The translations under genes were made by a program, and so were the position numbers. A stretch of 64,000 nt of DNA from Trueperaceae bacterium (lineage in GTDB: Bacteria; Deinococcota; Deinococci; Deinococcales; Trueperaceae). The notes under the pieces were generated by a model that ran no database searches, was not told where the DNA came from, and saw only the letters and a program-made list of their open reading frames with translations. This document shows positions 11,308-22,947 of this stretch, in pieces. The stretch spans positions 256,001 to 320,000 of the forward strand of contig JAXHLW010000013.1 in NCBI GenBank assembly GCA_034521815.1, written 5' to 3'. The first letter of the stretch is position 1; each line of letters opens with the position of its first letter.

Positions 11308-12485
11308 GTGCGCCACCGAGGCTCCGACCGTCCCGGCGACGACGTCGTCCCGGCTCCGACCGACCTGGCGACGATCGTTTCGGCTACGACCGTGCCGACG
11401 TCGCCGGCGTGTCCTTCTCGTGGCGCGCCGGCTGTCGTGGACACCCGGCGCCGCCGGCCGGCTGGACCGCCCTGGTCGAGACGGCCCGCTCGCTCCGCGG
11501 CGACGTCCTGGACGCGTCGGCCTGCCTGGGCGTGCCGGCGCGTGCCGCGACGGCGGCGGACGTGGTCGTCCTGGAGCCGTCGGCGCTGGGCCTCTCCGCC
11601 CTCCGGCACGACCTCGCGGCTGCGGCAGCGGACGTGGATGCGCGCCTGCGGGTCTCGGCGGGCCTTCCGTGGGACGCTCCGCGAGGATCGTTCGATCACG
11701 TGCTGCTGGCCCCGCCCGCGGAACGGGGCTCGCACCGGGTGCGGAGCGAGATCCACGCCGCGGCCGCCGCGCTTCGGCCTGGCGGGACGGCGTGGATCCT
11801 GCTCGAGAAGGACCGCGGCGCCAAGCGGTACGAGCGCGAGGCTCGCGCGTCGTTCGGGGAGGTGCAGGTCGTCGACCGCCGCAAGGGCTGGCGGCTTTCG
11901 CGGGCGACGCAGCCCCGGTCCGACGTTCGGCCCCAGCCGTGGTCGACGTTCGAGACGCCCCACGGCGAGGCGGCGGCGCTGGCGGGCTGCTTCGCGGCCG
12001 GCAAGCTCGATCCGGGCAGCGCGCTGCTGCTGGAGCGCATGGATGCAGGCGGCGCCGTGGTCGGCGGCGCCACCGTGCTGGACCTGGGCTGCGGCTGGGG
12101 GCCGCTGGCCAGGCACGCCGCGCGCCGCGGCGCGCGGGTGACGGCCGTGGACGACGACCTGGCCGCCGTCCGGAGCTGCGTGCAGAACGTGCCGGACGCG
12201 CGGGTGGTGCACGGCGACCTGGACGACCCCCTGGACCGGGACGAGAGGTTCGAGCGGGTGATCCTCAACCCGCCGTTCCACGTCGGCAGCGGCGTCCGGC
12301 TGGGACTCGGACGGGCGTTCCTCGACGCTGCGCGCCGGCGCGTGTCGCCGGGTGGCGAGATCTGGCTCGTCGCGAACGACGCCCTGCCGTACGAGGCGAC
12401 GTTCTCGTCGCGCGAGACGGTCGACGTGCTCGCGCGGGCGGGCGGCTTCAAGGTTCTCCGGGCTCGTCCTCCCAACGTCCGGTGA
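11308..12485 (+). CDS. RsmC/MTS-family class I SAM methyltransferase (16S m2G1207-like), probable frameshift near 11344
   Basis: FAAGKLDPGSALLL, LDLGCGWG, NPPFH, WLVAN..LPYE; TATCCT -10 lies 6 nt before GTG 11308, whose frame is one base off the main ORF. Confidence 0.8.
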
Positions 12486-13356
12486 CCCGGGGGCCCCGCC
12501 CGATCGGCGGCTCGAGCACTCGGCCGTCCGAGCCGGCGTAGCGCTCCAGGATCTCCAGGCAGGCCGTCACGCGAGCGGCGGAGCAGACCACGCCCAGCGT
12601 GGGCCCTGCGCCGGAAAGGTAGGCGGCCCAGGCGCCCGCGGCGCGCAGCTCGCGCTGCGCCTCGGCGAACCCGGGCAGCAGGTGGTGCCGGTACGGTTCG
12701 TGGGTCACGTCGGCGGACGCGAACCGAAGCAGCTCCGGCTCGTCACGGAGGACCGCCAGCGGCCAGAACGAGACGCGGCTGGCCGTGGCGACCGCCTCGG
12801 CGCGCGGGATGTGGGGCGGCAAGACCGCGCGTGCGTCCTCGGTCCGGACCTCGAACGCCGGCACGCCGAACAGCAGCCGCCACGACGGCGGCCACGGCAG
12901 CACCCGCGTCATCCAGCGGGCGTCGTCGCGCGCGCTCACCGTGAGACCGCCGAACAGCGCGGGGGCGACGTTGTCGGGGTGGCCCTCCAGATCGGCGGTC
13001 AGCTGGTACACGCCGTCCAAGCCCAGCTCGCCGCCGCAGACGGCGTCGCCCAGCAAGGCGCCCGCGACCAGCGCGGCGGACGACGATCCCAGCCCACGCG
13101 CCAGCGGAATCGGATTGTCCGCTTCCAGCAGAGCCGTCGGCGCCGTCCGGCCGGTGGCCTGGACGGCGGCACGGAAGCCGCGGTGGACGAGGTTGTCGGG
13201 ACCGGCGTCGACGGTCCCGTCGCCGCGGTAGACGAATCGGTCGCGCGTCGCTGGCGTCGCCCGCACCACCAGCTCCAGGCCGATCGAAAGCCCCAGGCAG
13301 TCGAAGCCGGGGCCCAGGTTGGCGCTACTGGCGGGAACGGTCACCTCGAGCGGCAC
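12448..13356 (-). CDS. thrB: Homoserine kinase
   Basis: VPASSANLGPGFD, PLARGLGSSSAA, EGHPDNV, HEPYR, LSGAGPT. Confidence 0.96.
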   Translation of the reverse strand: MPLEVTVPASSANLGPGFDCLGLSIGLELVVRATPATRDRFVYRGDGTVDAGPDNLVHRGFRAAVQATGRTAPTALLEADNPIPLARGLGSSSAALVAGALLGDAVCGGELGLDGVYQLTADLEGHPDNVAPALFGGLTVSARDDARWMTRVLPWPPSWRLLFGVPAFEVRTEDARAVLPPHIPRAEAVATASRVSFWPLAVLRDEPELLRFASADVTHEPYRHHLLPGFAEAQRELRAAGAWAAYLSGAGPTLGVVCSAARVTACLEILERYAGSDGRVLEPPIGRGPRVTGRWEDEPGEP

Positions 13357-13365
13357 GCGCGGAGG

Positions 13366-14856
13366 CTACCACGCACCGCCGAGCGCCTTGCGAGCGCCAG
13401 GAATCGCGTCGGCGAGGTCGCTCGCGAGCAGGGCGGCGCCGTGCCGGCGGGCCGCGCGCTCGCCCGCGCGCGCGTGCAGATGGACGGCCGCGGCGACCCG
13501 GGCCAGCGCGTCGTCGTGAGGCGACGCCAACGCCGCTCCGAGCAGCCCTGCGAGAACGTCGCCGGTACCGCCCGACGCCATGCCGGGATGGCCGGCGGCG
13601 ACGATGCGGACCCGGCCGTCGGGATCCGCGAGCACCGCGCCGGCGGACTTCAGGACGACGCCCGAGCTCCACGCCTCCGCGAGACGTCGCGCGCTCCCGA
13701 TCGGGTCGGCGTGGACCTCGTCCGAGCCGGTCCGCAGCAGCCTGGCCGCCTCGCCGTGGTGCGGGGTCAGCCACCTCCCCGGACGTCGCGAGCTCGACTC
13801 GCGAAGCTCCTCGTCCAGCGCGCTGGCGTCCAGCACGGTCGGTGCGTCGCCGTGCTCGAGCGCGTACACGAGCTCGGGAATCCGGCTCTCGTCCAGACCG
13901 GGACCGAACACCCGCGCGGCGGCGTGCCGCGGGTCGGTCGCGGCGAGCGCGCGGGACAGCGCTCCCACCCCTTCGCCCAGGACCAGCGCGATCGTCTCGG
14001 GCCAACGACCCGGATGGACGGCGTCGGTCAGGAGGGTCACCAGCCCGGCACCGCCGCGGTGCGCACCGCGACACGCCAGCTCTGCGGCACCCGACCAGCG
14101 GGCCGACCCGGCGGCGATCAGGACGGTCCCCGCGTCGTACTTGTGGGCGGCGGGATCGTGCGCCGGCCAGGCGCGGGCGGCGGCGGCGTCGTCGATCAGC
14201 TCGGGTCGCTCGCGCTCGGGCAGCGCGCCCGCGGGCATGCCGATGTCGGCGACGGTCCACGACCCGAACGCGAACCGGGCGGGGGAAAGCACGGAGGCGT
14301 GACAGGCGTACGCGAGCTGCACGGTCCTGTCGGCCCGGACGTGCCGTCCGGGCGGAACGGCTCTGTCGGCGTCCACGCCGCTGGGCACGTCGACCGCGAG
14401 CACCGGACCGGTCCATTCGGTCAGGCGCGCGACGACCCGCTCGGGGTCGCCCTCCAGAGGCCGGTCCAGACCGGTCCCGAACAGCGCGTCGACCACGACG
14501 TCCGCGTCGCGCAGCGCGCTCGCGAGCGTGTCCTCGTCCAGGGTGCCGATGTCCGCGACGTCGCGCCAGGCGAGGCGTGCCCCCTCGGCCGCGTCGCCAC
14601 GCGAGCCGTCCGGGCGGAGCGCCAGCACGACGGGCCGCAGACCGCCGCTCGCGAGGTGGCGTGCCGCGACGTACCCGTCTCCGCCGTTGTTCCCCGCGCC
14701 GCACAGCACCAGCGGGCGCTTGGCGCGGGGCCAGCCGCTCCGGACGGCGGCCGCGACCGATCGTCCGGCGGCTTCCATCAGGCGCGAGGGTGGCGCGCCC
14801 AGCCCGGCGGCGGCCTCGTCGGCCGCCTTGACGTCAGCTGCGGAGACGAGGCGCAT
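13366..14856 (-). CDS. nnr: Bifunctional NAD(P)HX epimerase/dehydratase (YjeF)
   Basis: LMEAAG, GAGNNGGDG, DALFGTGL, AVDVPSG, HKY..G, TPHHGE, GGTGDVLAG. Confidence 0.95.
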   Translation of the reverse strand: MRLVSAADVKAADEAAAGLGAPPSRLMEAAGRSVAAAVRSGWPRAKRPLVLCGAGNNGGDGYVAARHLASGGLRPVVLALRPDGSRGDAAEGARLAWRDVADIGTLDEDTLASALRDADVVVDALFGTGLDRPLEGDPERVVARLTEWTGPVLAVDVPSGVDADRAVPPGRHVRADRTVQLAYACHASVLSPARFAFGSWTVADIGMPAGALPERERPELIDDAAAARAWPAHDPAAHKYDAGTVLIAAGSARWSGAAELACRGAHRGGAGLVTLLTDAVHPGRWPETIALVLGEGVGALSRALAATDPRHAAARVFGPGLDESRIPELVYALEHGDAPTVLDASALDEELRESSSRRPGRWLTPHHGEAARLLRTGSDEVHADPIGSARRLAEAWSSGVVLKSAGAVLADPDGRVRIVAAGHPGMASGGTGDVLAGLLGAALASPHDDALARVAAAVHLHARAGERAARRHGAALLASDLADAIPGARKALGGAW

Positions 14857-15007
14857 GGCCCGAGTCTACTACCCGGTCCGTGCCGCGGGCGGCCACGCCT
14901 GGCGCGCGTCCGTCGCGATGCGGACCTTCGTCCCTTGCGCCCCGGGGGCCGGGTGCACGATCATGGACTACGGCCCCACCCGCCGGGTCGCACGCGAGGA
15001 GGCCGCG

Positions 15008-15394
15008 ATGCGGATCAACCTGACCCCAAGACGACCCGCCGAGCGTGTGCGTGCCGGTCTCGACGCCTGTCGCGTCGAGGTGCTGCGCGACATCGCGCGC
15101 GATCCACCAGGACGATTCGATCCGCGGGCGGCCCGGGCCCGTGCCCGCGTCTACGAGCGGGTGCGGATCGACCTGGACCGATTCGGGCTCGAGATCGCGA
15201 TAGCCCGCGCTGCCGCCGCCTACCGGCACGTGCCCCTCGTACCCCCACGCCTGCTTGGACGTCATCCAGCGGCCCGTGGTCGCGGCGAGGCGTTCGAGAA
15301 GGTGTTCGATGCCGCCGGCGTCGATCCGACCCAGGTCGAGCGCATCCGTCGCTTGCGGCCCCGGTTCGTCGACGACCCTCAGGCCGCGTCCTGA
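15008..15394 (+). CDS. Hypothetical protein (128 aa)
   Basis: GAGGAGG RBS before ATG 15008, host-like codon usage, fills an intergenic gap; no recognisable motif. Confidence 0.55.
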   Translation: MRINLTPRRPAERVRAGLDACRVEVLRDIARDPPGRFDPRAARARARVYERVRIDLDRFGLEIAIARAAAAYRHVPLVPPRLLGRHPAARGRGEAFEKVFDAAGVDPTQVERIRRLRPRFVDDPQAAS

Positions 15395-15485
15395 CCGGTC
15401 ACCGGCGAGCCGTGGCCCCTGCGTCGTGATCCGTGAATCGTGAGCTGCCGGCCCGTGGCGAGCACGGGCCGGCAGCGGCCGACGA

Positions 15486-16436
15486 TCAGTCGTCCAGGAT
15501 CGATGCGATCCGCTGGGTCGCGTCGGACGACAGGGTGAGGTCGCCGGCCGCGAGGTTCTCCTCGATCTGCTGGACCTTGGTCGCGCCGGTGATGACCGAC
15601 GACACGCCCGGCTGACGAAGCACCCACGCCAGCGCCAGCTGCGCACGGCTGACGCCCAGGTCGTCCGCGACGTCGCGCAGGGCGATGACCTTGCGGCGGT
15701 TCTCCTCGGTCAGGAAGCGCGACGCCATGGACTCGTCCGCGGCGAAGCGGCTGCCCTCGGGAATCCCGTCGTCGTACTTTCCGGTCAACATCCCTTGCGC
15801 CAGCGGGCTCCACACCACCAGGCCGACGCCCTTGGGCTCCGTCACCGGCAGGATCTGCTCCTCGACCCGCTGCCGGTGCAGCATCGAGTAGTGCGGCTGC
15901 TCGACCACCGGGGCGACGAGCCCGTGCGCTTCGGCGTAGGTGTGGGCCTCGGCGATCTGGGCGGCGGACCACTCGCTGGTGCCCCAGTAGTGCGCCCGGC
16001 CGCTGCGGACGATGTCGCTGAACGTCTCGACGATCTCGGGCATCGGCGTCTCGGGGTCGTGCCGATGCGCGAAGTAGATGTCGAGGTAGTCCTCGTCCAT
16101 CCTGTCCAGCGACCGGTCGATCGACTCCATGACGTGCTTGCGTGACAGCCCGCGATCGTTGACGTCGTCCGACATCGGCCAGAACACCTTGCTGGACAGC
16201 ACCAACGTGTGGCGGGGAGCGCCGATGTCGTGGAGCACGCCGGTCATGAAGCGCTCCCCTTCGCCGCGCGCGTAGATGTCGGCGTTGTCGAAGAAGTTGA
16301 CCCCGCCCTCCAGCGCCTTCTCGACGATCTCCGTGATGAGCTTCCGATCCTGGACGCTGTCTCCGTACGTGGTCCAGGCGCCCAGGCTGACCTGCGACAC
16401 CTTGAGTCCGCTGTTTCCGAGTCTGCGATAGTCCAT
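15486..16436 (-). CDS. Aldo/keto reductase (Kv-beta/AKR6-like)
   Basis: YRRLGNSGLKVS, FFDNADIY, SSKV, YWGTSEWS, WSPLAQGMLTGKY, ITGATK. Confidence 0.92.
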   Translation of the reverse strand: MDYRRLGNSGLKVSQVSLGAWTTYGDSVQDRKLITEIVEKALEGGVNFFDNADIYARGEGERFMTGVLHDIGAPRHTLVLSSKVFWPMSDDVNDRGLSRKHVMESIDRSLDRMDEDYLDIYFAHRHDPETPMPEIVETFSDIVRSGRAHYWGTSEWSAAQIAEAHTYAEAHGLVAPVVEQPHYSMLHRQRVEEQILPVTEPKGVGLVVWSPLAQGMLTGKYDDGIPEGSRFAADESMASRFLTEENRRKVIALRDVADDLGVSRAQLALAWVLRQPGVSSVITGATKVQQIEENLAAGDLTLSSDATQRIASILDD

Positions 16437-16515
16437 CGATGGCCTCCGGTGCGAGCGTACCGCTCCGGAGCGGGAGTCCGGCGTCGCGCCGCGGGCGTGC
16501 GGCTATCATCGCCGC

Positions 16516-18089
<1,574 letters not shown>

Positions 18090-18102
<13 letters not shown>

Positions 18103-19106
18103 CGGCCGGACCGGGATCGCGGCCGGCGTCGCGAGGCCGGCTCGCCGTGCGGACCGACCTCCCGTAGCGCCTCGTGGACCACGGTGACGATCGTGTCCAC
18201 GGTGGCGCGCTGGTGCGATCGGCCGTCGGGGAGGTGCATCTCGTCGTCGAGGTAGCCGGCGCGGCCGGTGTGGTCCATCGAGCCGAGATCGACGACCTCG
18301 ATCCGCCCGTCGGCCTTCAGCCGGTTCCAGGTCGACCAGCGCACCCACGGCCAACGGCCGGGGAAGAACGCCGCGCCGATCCTGGCCACGACGTCGTTCT
18401 GGCCCCGAATGTGGACCATCTTCGCCAATCCGTCGGGGCTCCTCGGACTGGCCATGACGCCGCCCAGCGAGACGACGTGGGCGGGCCGGCCGATCCGCGC
18501 CGCCAACGGAGCCGCCGCGCCCATCGCGATCTGCCCCCCGCCGCTGTAGCCCACGAGCACCACCGGCGCGTCCGACCCGGGGCGGTAGCCGTCGCGCGCG
18601 AGCGCACCGAGGACGAGGTCGGCGGTGCCTTCGTCGTACATCGGGCCGTAGCGGCGGTCGGTCGAGACGGCGACCTGCCAGGCGTTGCGGAGGTTGATCA
18701 GCATGCCCGCGACGCCCGCGAGCTGCCGCCGGCTCATCTTGCCGGCCAGCGCCCAGCGCCAGAAACGCGCGAAAAGTCGCTGCCCGGTGAGAGCCCGGTT
18801 CGTCACGGAGTAGGGGAACACCTCGATGACGTGCACGTTCGGCAGCTCGGCCTGGAGGCTCCGTAGGAAGGCCCGCTCCCTCGGTGCGAACGTCGCTCCA
18901 CCGACGGAGTGGACGCCCGAGAGGAACACGAGCCAGCCAGCCGGTGGCGGGTCGACCGGCTCGTTGGGCGGCATCGGCTCGCTCTCGGTGCCGTACCAGC
19001 CCGCCCACCAGCCCAGCGCCTCGAGCGGGGCGAGCAGACCGGCGACGAGCATCGCCGCGACGGCCGCCAGCGCCAGCGTGCCCAGGTCCGGCAGCGGCAG
19101 CGTCAC
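18090..19106 (-). CDS. Membrane-anchored alpha/beta-hydrolase-fold protein
   Basis: N-terminal TM, LAPLEALGWWAGW, nucleophile GYSGGG, D and H candidates (NDVV, MDHTG); GTG overlaps upstream TGA. Confidence 0.75.
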
Positions 19107-19702
19107 GGCTGGCGCTCCCGAGCACGCGGACCGGCACGGCCCGCGACCCGTTCGCGGATGCGGCGCGTGGCGGCCACGACCGGACGGCCCACCGTCCGGG
19201 ACAGCAGCTCGGTCACGATCCATGCGGCTCCCAACGCGACGAGCGCCTCGGGCAGGGTGAAGCCGAACGTCGCGCGGGCACCGACGGCCAGCGCCAGGAA
19301 CGTCCATACCGTCAGCGCGACGCCGATGCCCGAGCCGAAGTAGGGCGTGAGCACCACGAATCCGAGAAGGCGCGGGGCGTGCGCCAGCCCGACGATCTTG
19401 ATCACGGCGGCGAACGGGGCAGGATGCCCGAACGCCACCGTTCCCGCCGTCGTCAACGCTCCGGCCCAGACGCCGACCGAAGCTGCGAAGATCGCGGTGC
19501 CCAGACCGATGCTCAGGACGAATCGCCACGGGGGGACGCGGTTCGCGACCAGCGCGACGCTCTGGCCCAGCACGTGCGACAGGCCCGATCCGACCAGGAC
19601 GAGGATCGCGATGCGCAGGCCGTGCGGATGGTTCACGACGTTCGTGAACGCCGCGGGATCCAGGCGGAGGGCGCCGGCGACGAGAGCCCAGAGACCGTCC
19701 AC
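19103..19702 (-). CDS. Yip1-like polytopic membrane protein
   Basis: About 5 hydrophobic segments, GQSVALVANRV, LAHAPRLLGF..LTPYFG. Confidence 0.7.
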   Translation of the reverse strand: MDGLWALVAGALRLDPAAFTNVVNHPHGLRIAILVLVGSGLSHVLGQSVALVANRVPPWRFVLSIGLGTAIFAASVGVWAGALTTAGTVAFGHPAPFAAVIKIVGLAHAPRLLGFVVLTPYFGSGIGVALTVWTFLALAVGARATFGFTLPEALVALGAAWIVTELLSRTVGRPVVAATRRIRERVAGRAGPRARERQP

Positions 19703-19703
19703 G

Positions 19704-20900
19704 TCAGTGGACGTGGGCGTGGTCGAGCTCGCCCGGCGCGATAGGGAGACGATCGCCTCGGAACATGAACGCCGCGATCAGGGTCGTGACCGGTACGGCG
19801 AGGATGAGGCCGATCGAGCCGACCAGGGTGTGGACCACCTCGGCCGCGATGAGCTCCAGGTTGACGGCGCGGGCGAAGCCGATCTCGCCCTGCCCGAGCA
19901 GCACCAGGAGCGGTAGCGCGGCTCCGGTGTAGGCGAGCACGAGGGTGTTCACGAGCGATCCGATGTGGTCCAGTCCCACGTTCATGCCGCGGCGGTAGAG
20001 CGTGCGGACGTCCCAGTCCGGATCGGCGTGCGCCAGCTCGCGCACGACCGCCGCTTGGACGATGGTGATGTCGGTCAGCGCTCCGAGGGCGCCGATCATC
20101 AGCCCGGCCAGCATCAGGCCACGCAGCGCGATGTTCGGCGCCGTGGCGGCGATCATCGCGGCGTCCTCGCTGCCGAACCCGGTGAGGTGCGCCAGGTCGG
20201 TGAACACGATCCCGAGCAGCATCGTGACGACGGCCGCCAGGAAGGTGCCGATCAGGGCGGCCGTGGTGGACCAGCTGACGCCGTGGACGAAGTAGATCGC
20301 GAGGATCAGAATGGCGCTGACGCCCAGCAGCGAGATCGGCACCGGGTGGTCGCCGGCGACGATGCGCGGAACGACGAACCCGATCACGATCGCCAGGCTC
20401 GCGCCGGTCGCCAGGAACGCTCGCAGGCCTTTGAACCGTGCCACGGCGACCGACACCAGCAGGAACAGGCCGACGAGCCAGCCGAGCGCGGGGCGTCGCA
20501 CCCAGTCGGCCACCACGTGCACACGCTCACCGCTCGGTCCGGGACTGTAGTACACCTCGACCCGGTCGCCCACCTCGAACGCCGGCAGCTCGTAGCCGGC
20601 CATCGGGTCCTGGCCCGGAAGGCGCGCCTCGATCACGCGTCCGGTCGACAGCTCCACCAGCGCCGTCCCCGATCCGTTCCCCTGGTCGACCAGGGTACGG
20701 ATCGTGCCATCGACCCAGCCGATCGCGGACGCATCGTCCATCGGCGCGCCGGGCGACTGCGCCGTCGCCACGCTCGCCAGCACGATCGCCAGCACGATCG
20801 CCAGCACGCCGAGCAGCAGTCGTGTCAGACGCCGACGCGGGCGACGAGCCGCGCCGTGCGAAGCGTCACGGGGCGCTTCGCCCGAACGCCCGGTGCTCAC
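19704..20900 (-). CDS. YibE/F-family membrane protein with C-terminal His motif
   Basis: VADWVRR, IGALGALTDIT, G.DHIGSLVNTLVLAYTGAALP, GSIGLILAVP.TT; ends LDHAHVH; GTG 20900 overlaps the regulator TGA. Confidence 0.88.
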   Translation of the reverse strand: MSTGRSGEAPRDASHGAARRPRRRLTRLLLGVLAIVLAIVLASVATAQSPGAPMDDASAIGWVDGTIRTLVDQGNGSGTALVELSTGRVIEARLPGQDPMAGYELPAFEVGDRVEVYYSPGPSGERVHVVADWVRRPALGWLVGLFLLVSVAVARFKGLRAFLATGASLAIVIGFVVPRIVAGDHPVPISLLGVSAILILAIYFVHGVSWSTTAALIGTFLAAVVTMLLGIVFTDLAHLTGFGSEDAAMIAATAPNIALRGLMLAGLMIGALGALTDITIVQAAVVRELAHADPDWDVRTLYRRGMNVGLDHIGSLVNTLVLAYTGAALPLLVLLGQGEIGFARAVNLELIAAEVVHTLVGSIGLILAVPVTTLIAAFMFRGDRLPIAPGELDHAHVH

Positions 20901-21304
20901 GAAGGCGGCGTCGGCGCGTCGGAGCGGTGCTGGCACCGCTCGCACAGGCCGTACAGCGTGAGGGCGTGGTCCTCGACGCGGAAGCCGCCAGGCAGGGTGA
21001 CGCCTTCGAGGATCGAGACGGGACAGTCGGCCTCGAGCTCGAACACCCCCTGGCAGGCACGGCAGATGAAGTGGTGATGGTGACCGCGTCCGGACGGCTC
21101 GTAGCGGGTCGCGTCGTCCGGCAGGTGGACCGCGACGACGGTGCCGGCTTCCTCGAGCCGAGCCAGGTTCCGGTACACCGTAGCCAGTCCGAGGCTGCTC
21201 TGCTCCTGCCTGGCCGCGTCGTGCACCTGGTGCGGCGTGAGCGGCCCCTCGGCATCGTGCAGCGCCCTCAGGATCGCGCGTCGCTGGCTGGTTCGGCGAG
21301 TCAT
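20897..21304 (-). CDS. Fur-family transcriptional regulator (Zur candidate)
   Basis: TSQR.AIL, LGLATVYRNL, HHHHFICRAC, C-terminal CERC. Confidence 0.92.
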   Translation of the reverse strand: MTRRTSQRRAILRALHDAEGPLTPHQVHDAARQEQSSLGLATVYRNLARLEEAGTVVAVHLPDDATRYEPSGRGHHHHFICRACQGVFELEADCPVSILEGVTLPGGFRVEDHALTLYGLCERCQHRSDAPTPPS

Positions 21305-21331
21305 CGTCGGCAAGTCTACCGGCCGGTGAGG

Positions 21332-21700
21332 TCAGGCGTCGTCGCTGACCGAGCGGCCCAGCATCGGTCCGAGGGGGCGGCCTCCCAGCAGATGGACGTG
21401 CAGGTGATCGACTTCCTGGCCGCCGTGCTCCTTGCAGTTCACGATCAGGCGGTAGCCGTCGTCGGCCAGGCCTTCGGCCTCGGCGATGCGGCGCGCCACC
21501 GTGAACAGCCGTCCCAGCATGGGCTCGTGGACCGGCTCGACGTCCGCGGCGGTGGGGACGGGCTCGTTCGGCACGATCAGGACGTGCACCGGGGCTTGGG
21601 GCGCGATGTCGCGGAAGGCGGTCACGAGGTCGTCCTGGTAGACGACGTCGGCCGAGACCTCGCCACGCACGATCCGTTCGAACAGCGTCTCGTCGCTCAT
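21332..21700 (-). CDS. HIT-family (histidine triad) nucleotide-binding protein
   Basis: [37 protein letters not shown]. Confidence 0.93.
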   Translation of the reverse strand: MSDETLFERIVRGEVSADVVYQDDLVTAFRDIAPQAPVHVLIVPNEPVPTAADVEPVHEPMLGRLFTVARRIAEAEGLADDGYRLIVNCKEHGGQEVDHLHVHLLGGRPLGPMLGRSVSDDA

Positions 21701-21704
21701 GGCC

Positions 21705-22235
21705 TCAGTCCACGGACGCCGCGACCAGCTCGCGCATCGTGAACAGCGCTGCGAGCTCGACGCCCGCCGCCGCCAGCGCTTCGGGTCCGCCGGCCTGACG
21801 GTCGATGACGCACAGGGCCTTCTCCACGATCGCTCCACGCTCGCGGAGGTCGTGGGTCGAGGCCAGCAGCTGGCCGCCCGAGGTCACGACGTCCTCGACG
21901 ATCAGGAGTCGCTTTCCCTCGACGGGGCCGCCCTCGGCCAGCTTGCAGGTGCCGTACGTCTTGGCCTCCTTGCGAACGAACAGGGCAGGCAGGCCGGTAC
22001 GCTGCGAGAGGATCACGGCCAGGGGGATGCCGCCGGTCTCGAGTCCAGCGAGAGCGTCGGCTCCATCGGGCACGAGCGGGGCCAGCGCGTCCCCGATCTC
22101 GGCCAGGAGTCGCGGGTCCGATTCGAACAGGTACTTGTCGAAGTACTCGTGGCTGACGGCGCCGCTGCGAAGCACGAAACGGCCGGTGAGGTGGGAGGCG
22201 CGATGGATCTCGCGGGCGAGCCGGGTCCGGTCCAT
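21705..22235 (-). CDS. pyrE: Orotate phosphoribosyltransferase
   Basis: [36 protein letters not shown] motif. Confidence 0.93.
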   Translation of the reverse strand: MDRTRLAREIHRASHLTGRFVLRSGAVSHEYFDKYLFESDPRLLAEIGDALAPLVPDGADALAGLETGGIPLAVILSQRTGLPALFVRKEAKTYGTCKLAEGGPVEGKRLLIVEDVVTSGGQLLASTHDLRERGAIVEKALCVIDRQAGGPEALAAAGVELAALFTMRELVAASVD

Positions 22236-22289
22236 GACCGTATGCTACCGCCGCCGCGTTGCCCGAGACCTCGCCAACCTGCGCCGATG

Positions 22290-22298
22290 TGCTATACT
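22290..22298 (+). promoter_or_regulatory. Extended -10 promoter (TG-n-TATACT) of rpmB
   Basis: tgctatact at 22290-22298, about 135 nt upstream of the rpmB ATG. Confidence 0.55.
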
Positions 22299-22433
22299 CA
22301 CGCGTTCCCTGCCGGAGCGACGCGCGTCGTCGCGGATCCGGCCGACGCCCACGCGACGCCCACGGTTCGCCTCGGTGGGCGATTTCGATCGACACGTCTC
22401 GGCGCCGACGGTGCCGGAGCGCAGGAGGAGAGC

Positions 22434-22676
22434 ATGCCGCGAGTTTGTGCCGTCACCGGCAAGAAGACCCGGAGCACCACGACCAGCAAGCGCAAGGGGT
22501 CGCCGAAGAAGCGTGGCGGCGTCGGCGTCAAGCAGGTCGGGGTCCACAAGCGTCAGATCAAGCCGAACCTGCAGAAGCGCACGATCTGGGTCGACGGCGC
22601 GCCACAGAAGGTGTGGCTCTCGGTCAAGGCGATGCGCACCATGGATCCGACGCTGTTCATGAACCCGCACAAGTAG
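22434..22676 (+). CDS. rpmB: 50S ribosomal protein bL28 (Deinococcus-Thermus type, single Cys)
   Basis: MPRVCAVTGK, GGVG.K..G..KR..KPNLQK, VWLS; GGAGGAG RBS. Confidence 0.9.
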   Translation: MPRVCAVTGKKTRSTTTSKRKGSPKKRGGVGVKQVGVHKRQIKPNLQKRTIWVDGAPQKVWLSVKAMRTMDPTLFMNPHK

Positions 22677-22694
22677 CCGCAGGCAGCGAGCCTC

Positions 22695-22717
22695 GTCGCC
22701 CGGGCAGGGCGGCGACG
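22695..22717 (+). terminator. GC hairpin after rpmB, possible terminator
   Basis: CGTCGCC...GGCGACG inverted repeat; no U-tract. Confidence 0.35.
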
Positions 22718-22912
22718 TCCGTGCCCCAAGTGCGACGCTCGGCCCTGTTCGGGGCCGAGCGTCGTTCGTGGCGTGGTCCGTGTCGGAGCTCGTCATATCC
22801 GTTTCATGACAGCGCGATCTCGATACTGGTCGTGTAGCGACGGTCGTGCACGCCGGCCCGATGGAAGCTGGACATGATTCTGGCTGTACTTGTGTTCGCT
22901 CGCGGTGGTGGG

Positions 22913-22947
22913 TACAATCGCCAAATGATGAAAATGCATTCTCAACA
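22913..22947 (+). promoter_or_regulatory. -10 box TACAAT plus Fur/Zur-like operator overlapping the znuA start
   Basis: TACAAT 22913-22918; near-palindrome TGAAAATG|CATTCTCA 22929-22944 (7/8 arm match), an AT-rich island in GC-rich DNA. Confidence 0.7.
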
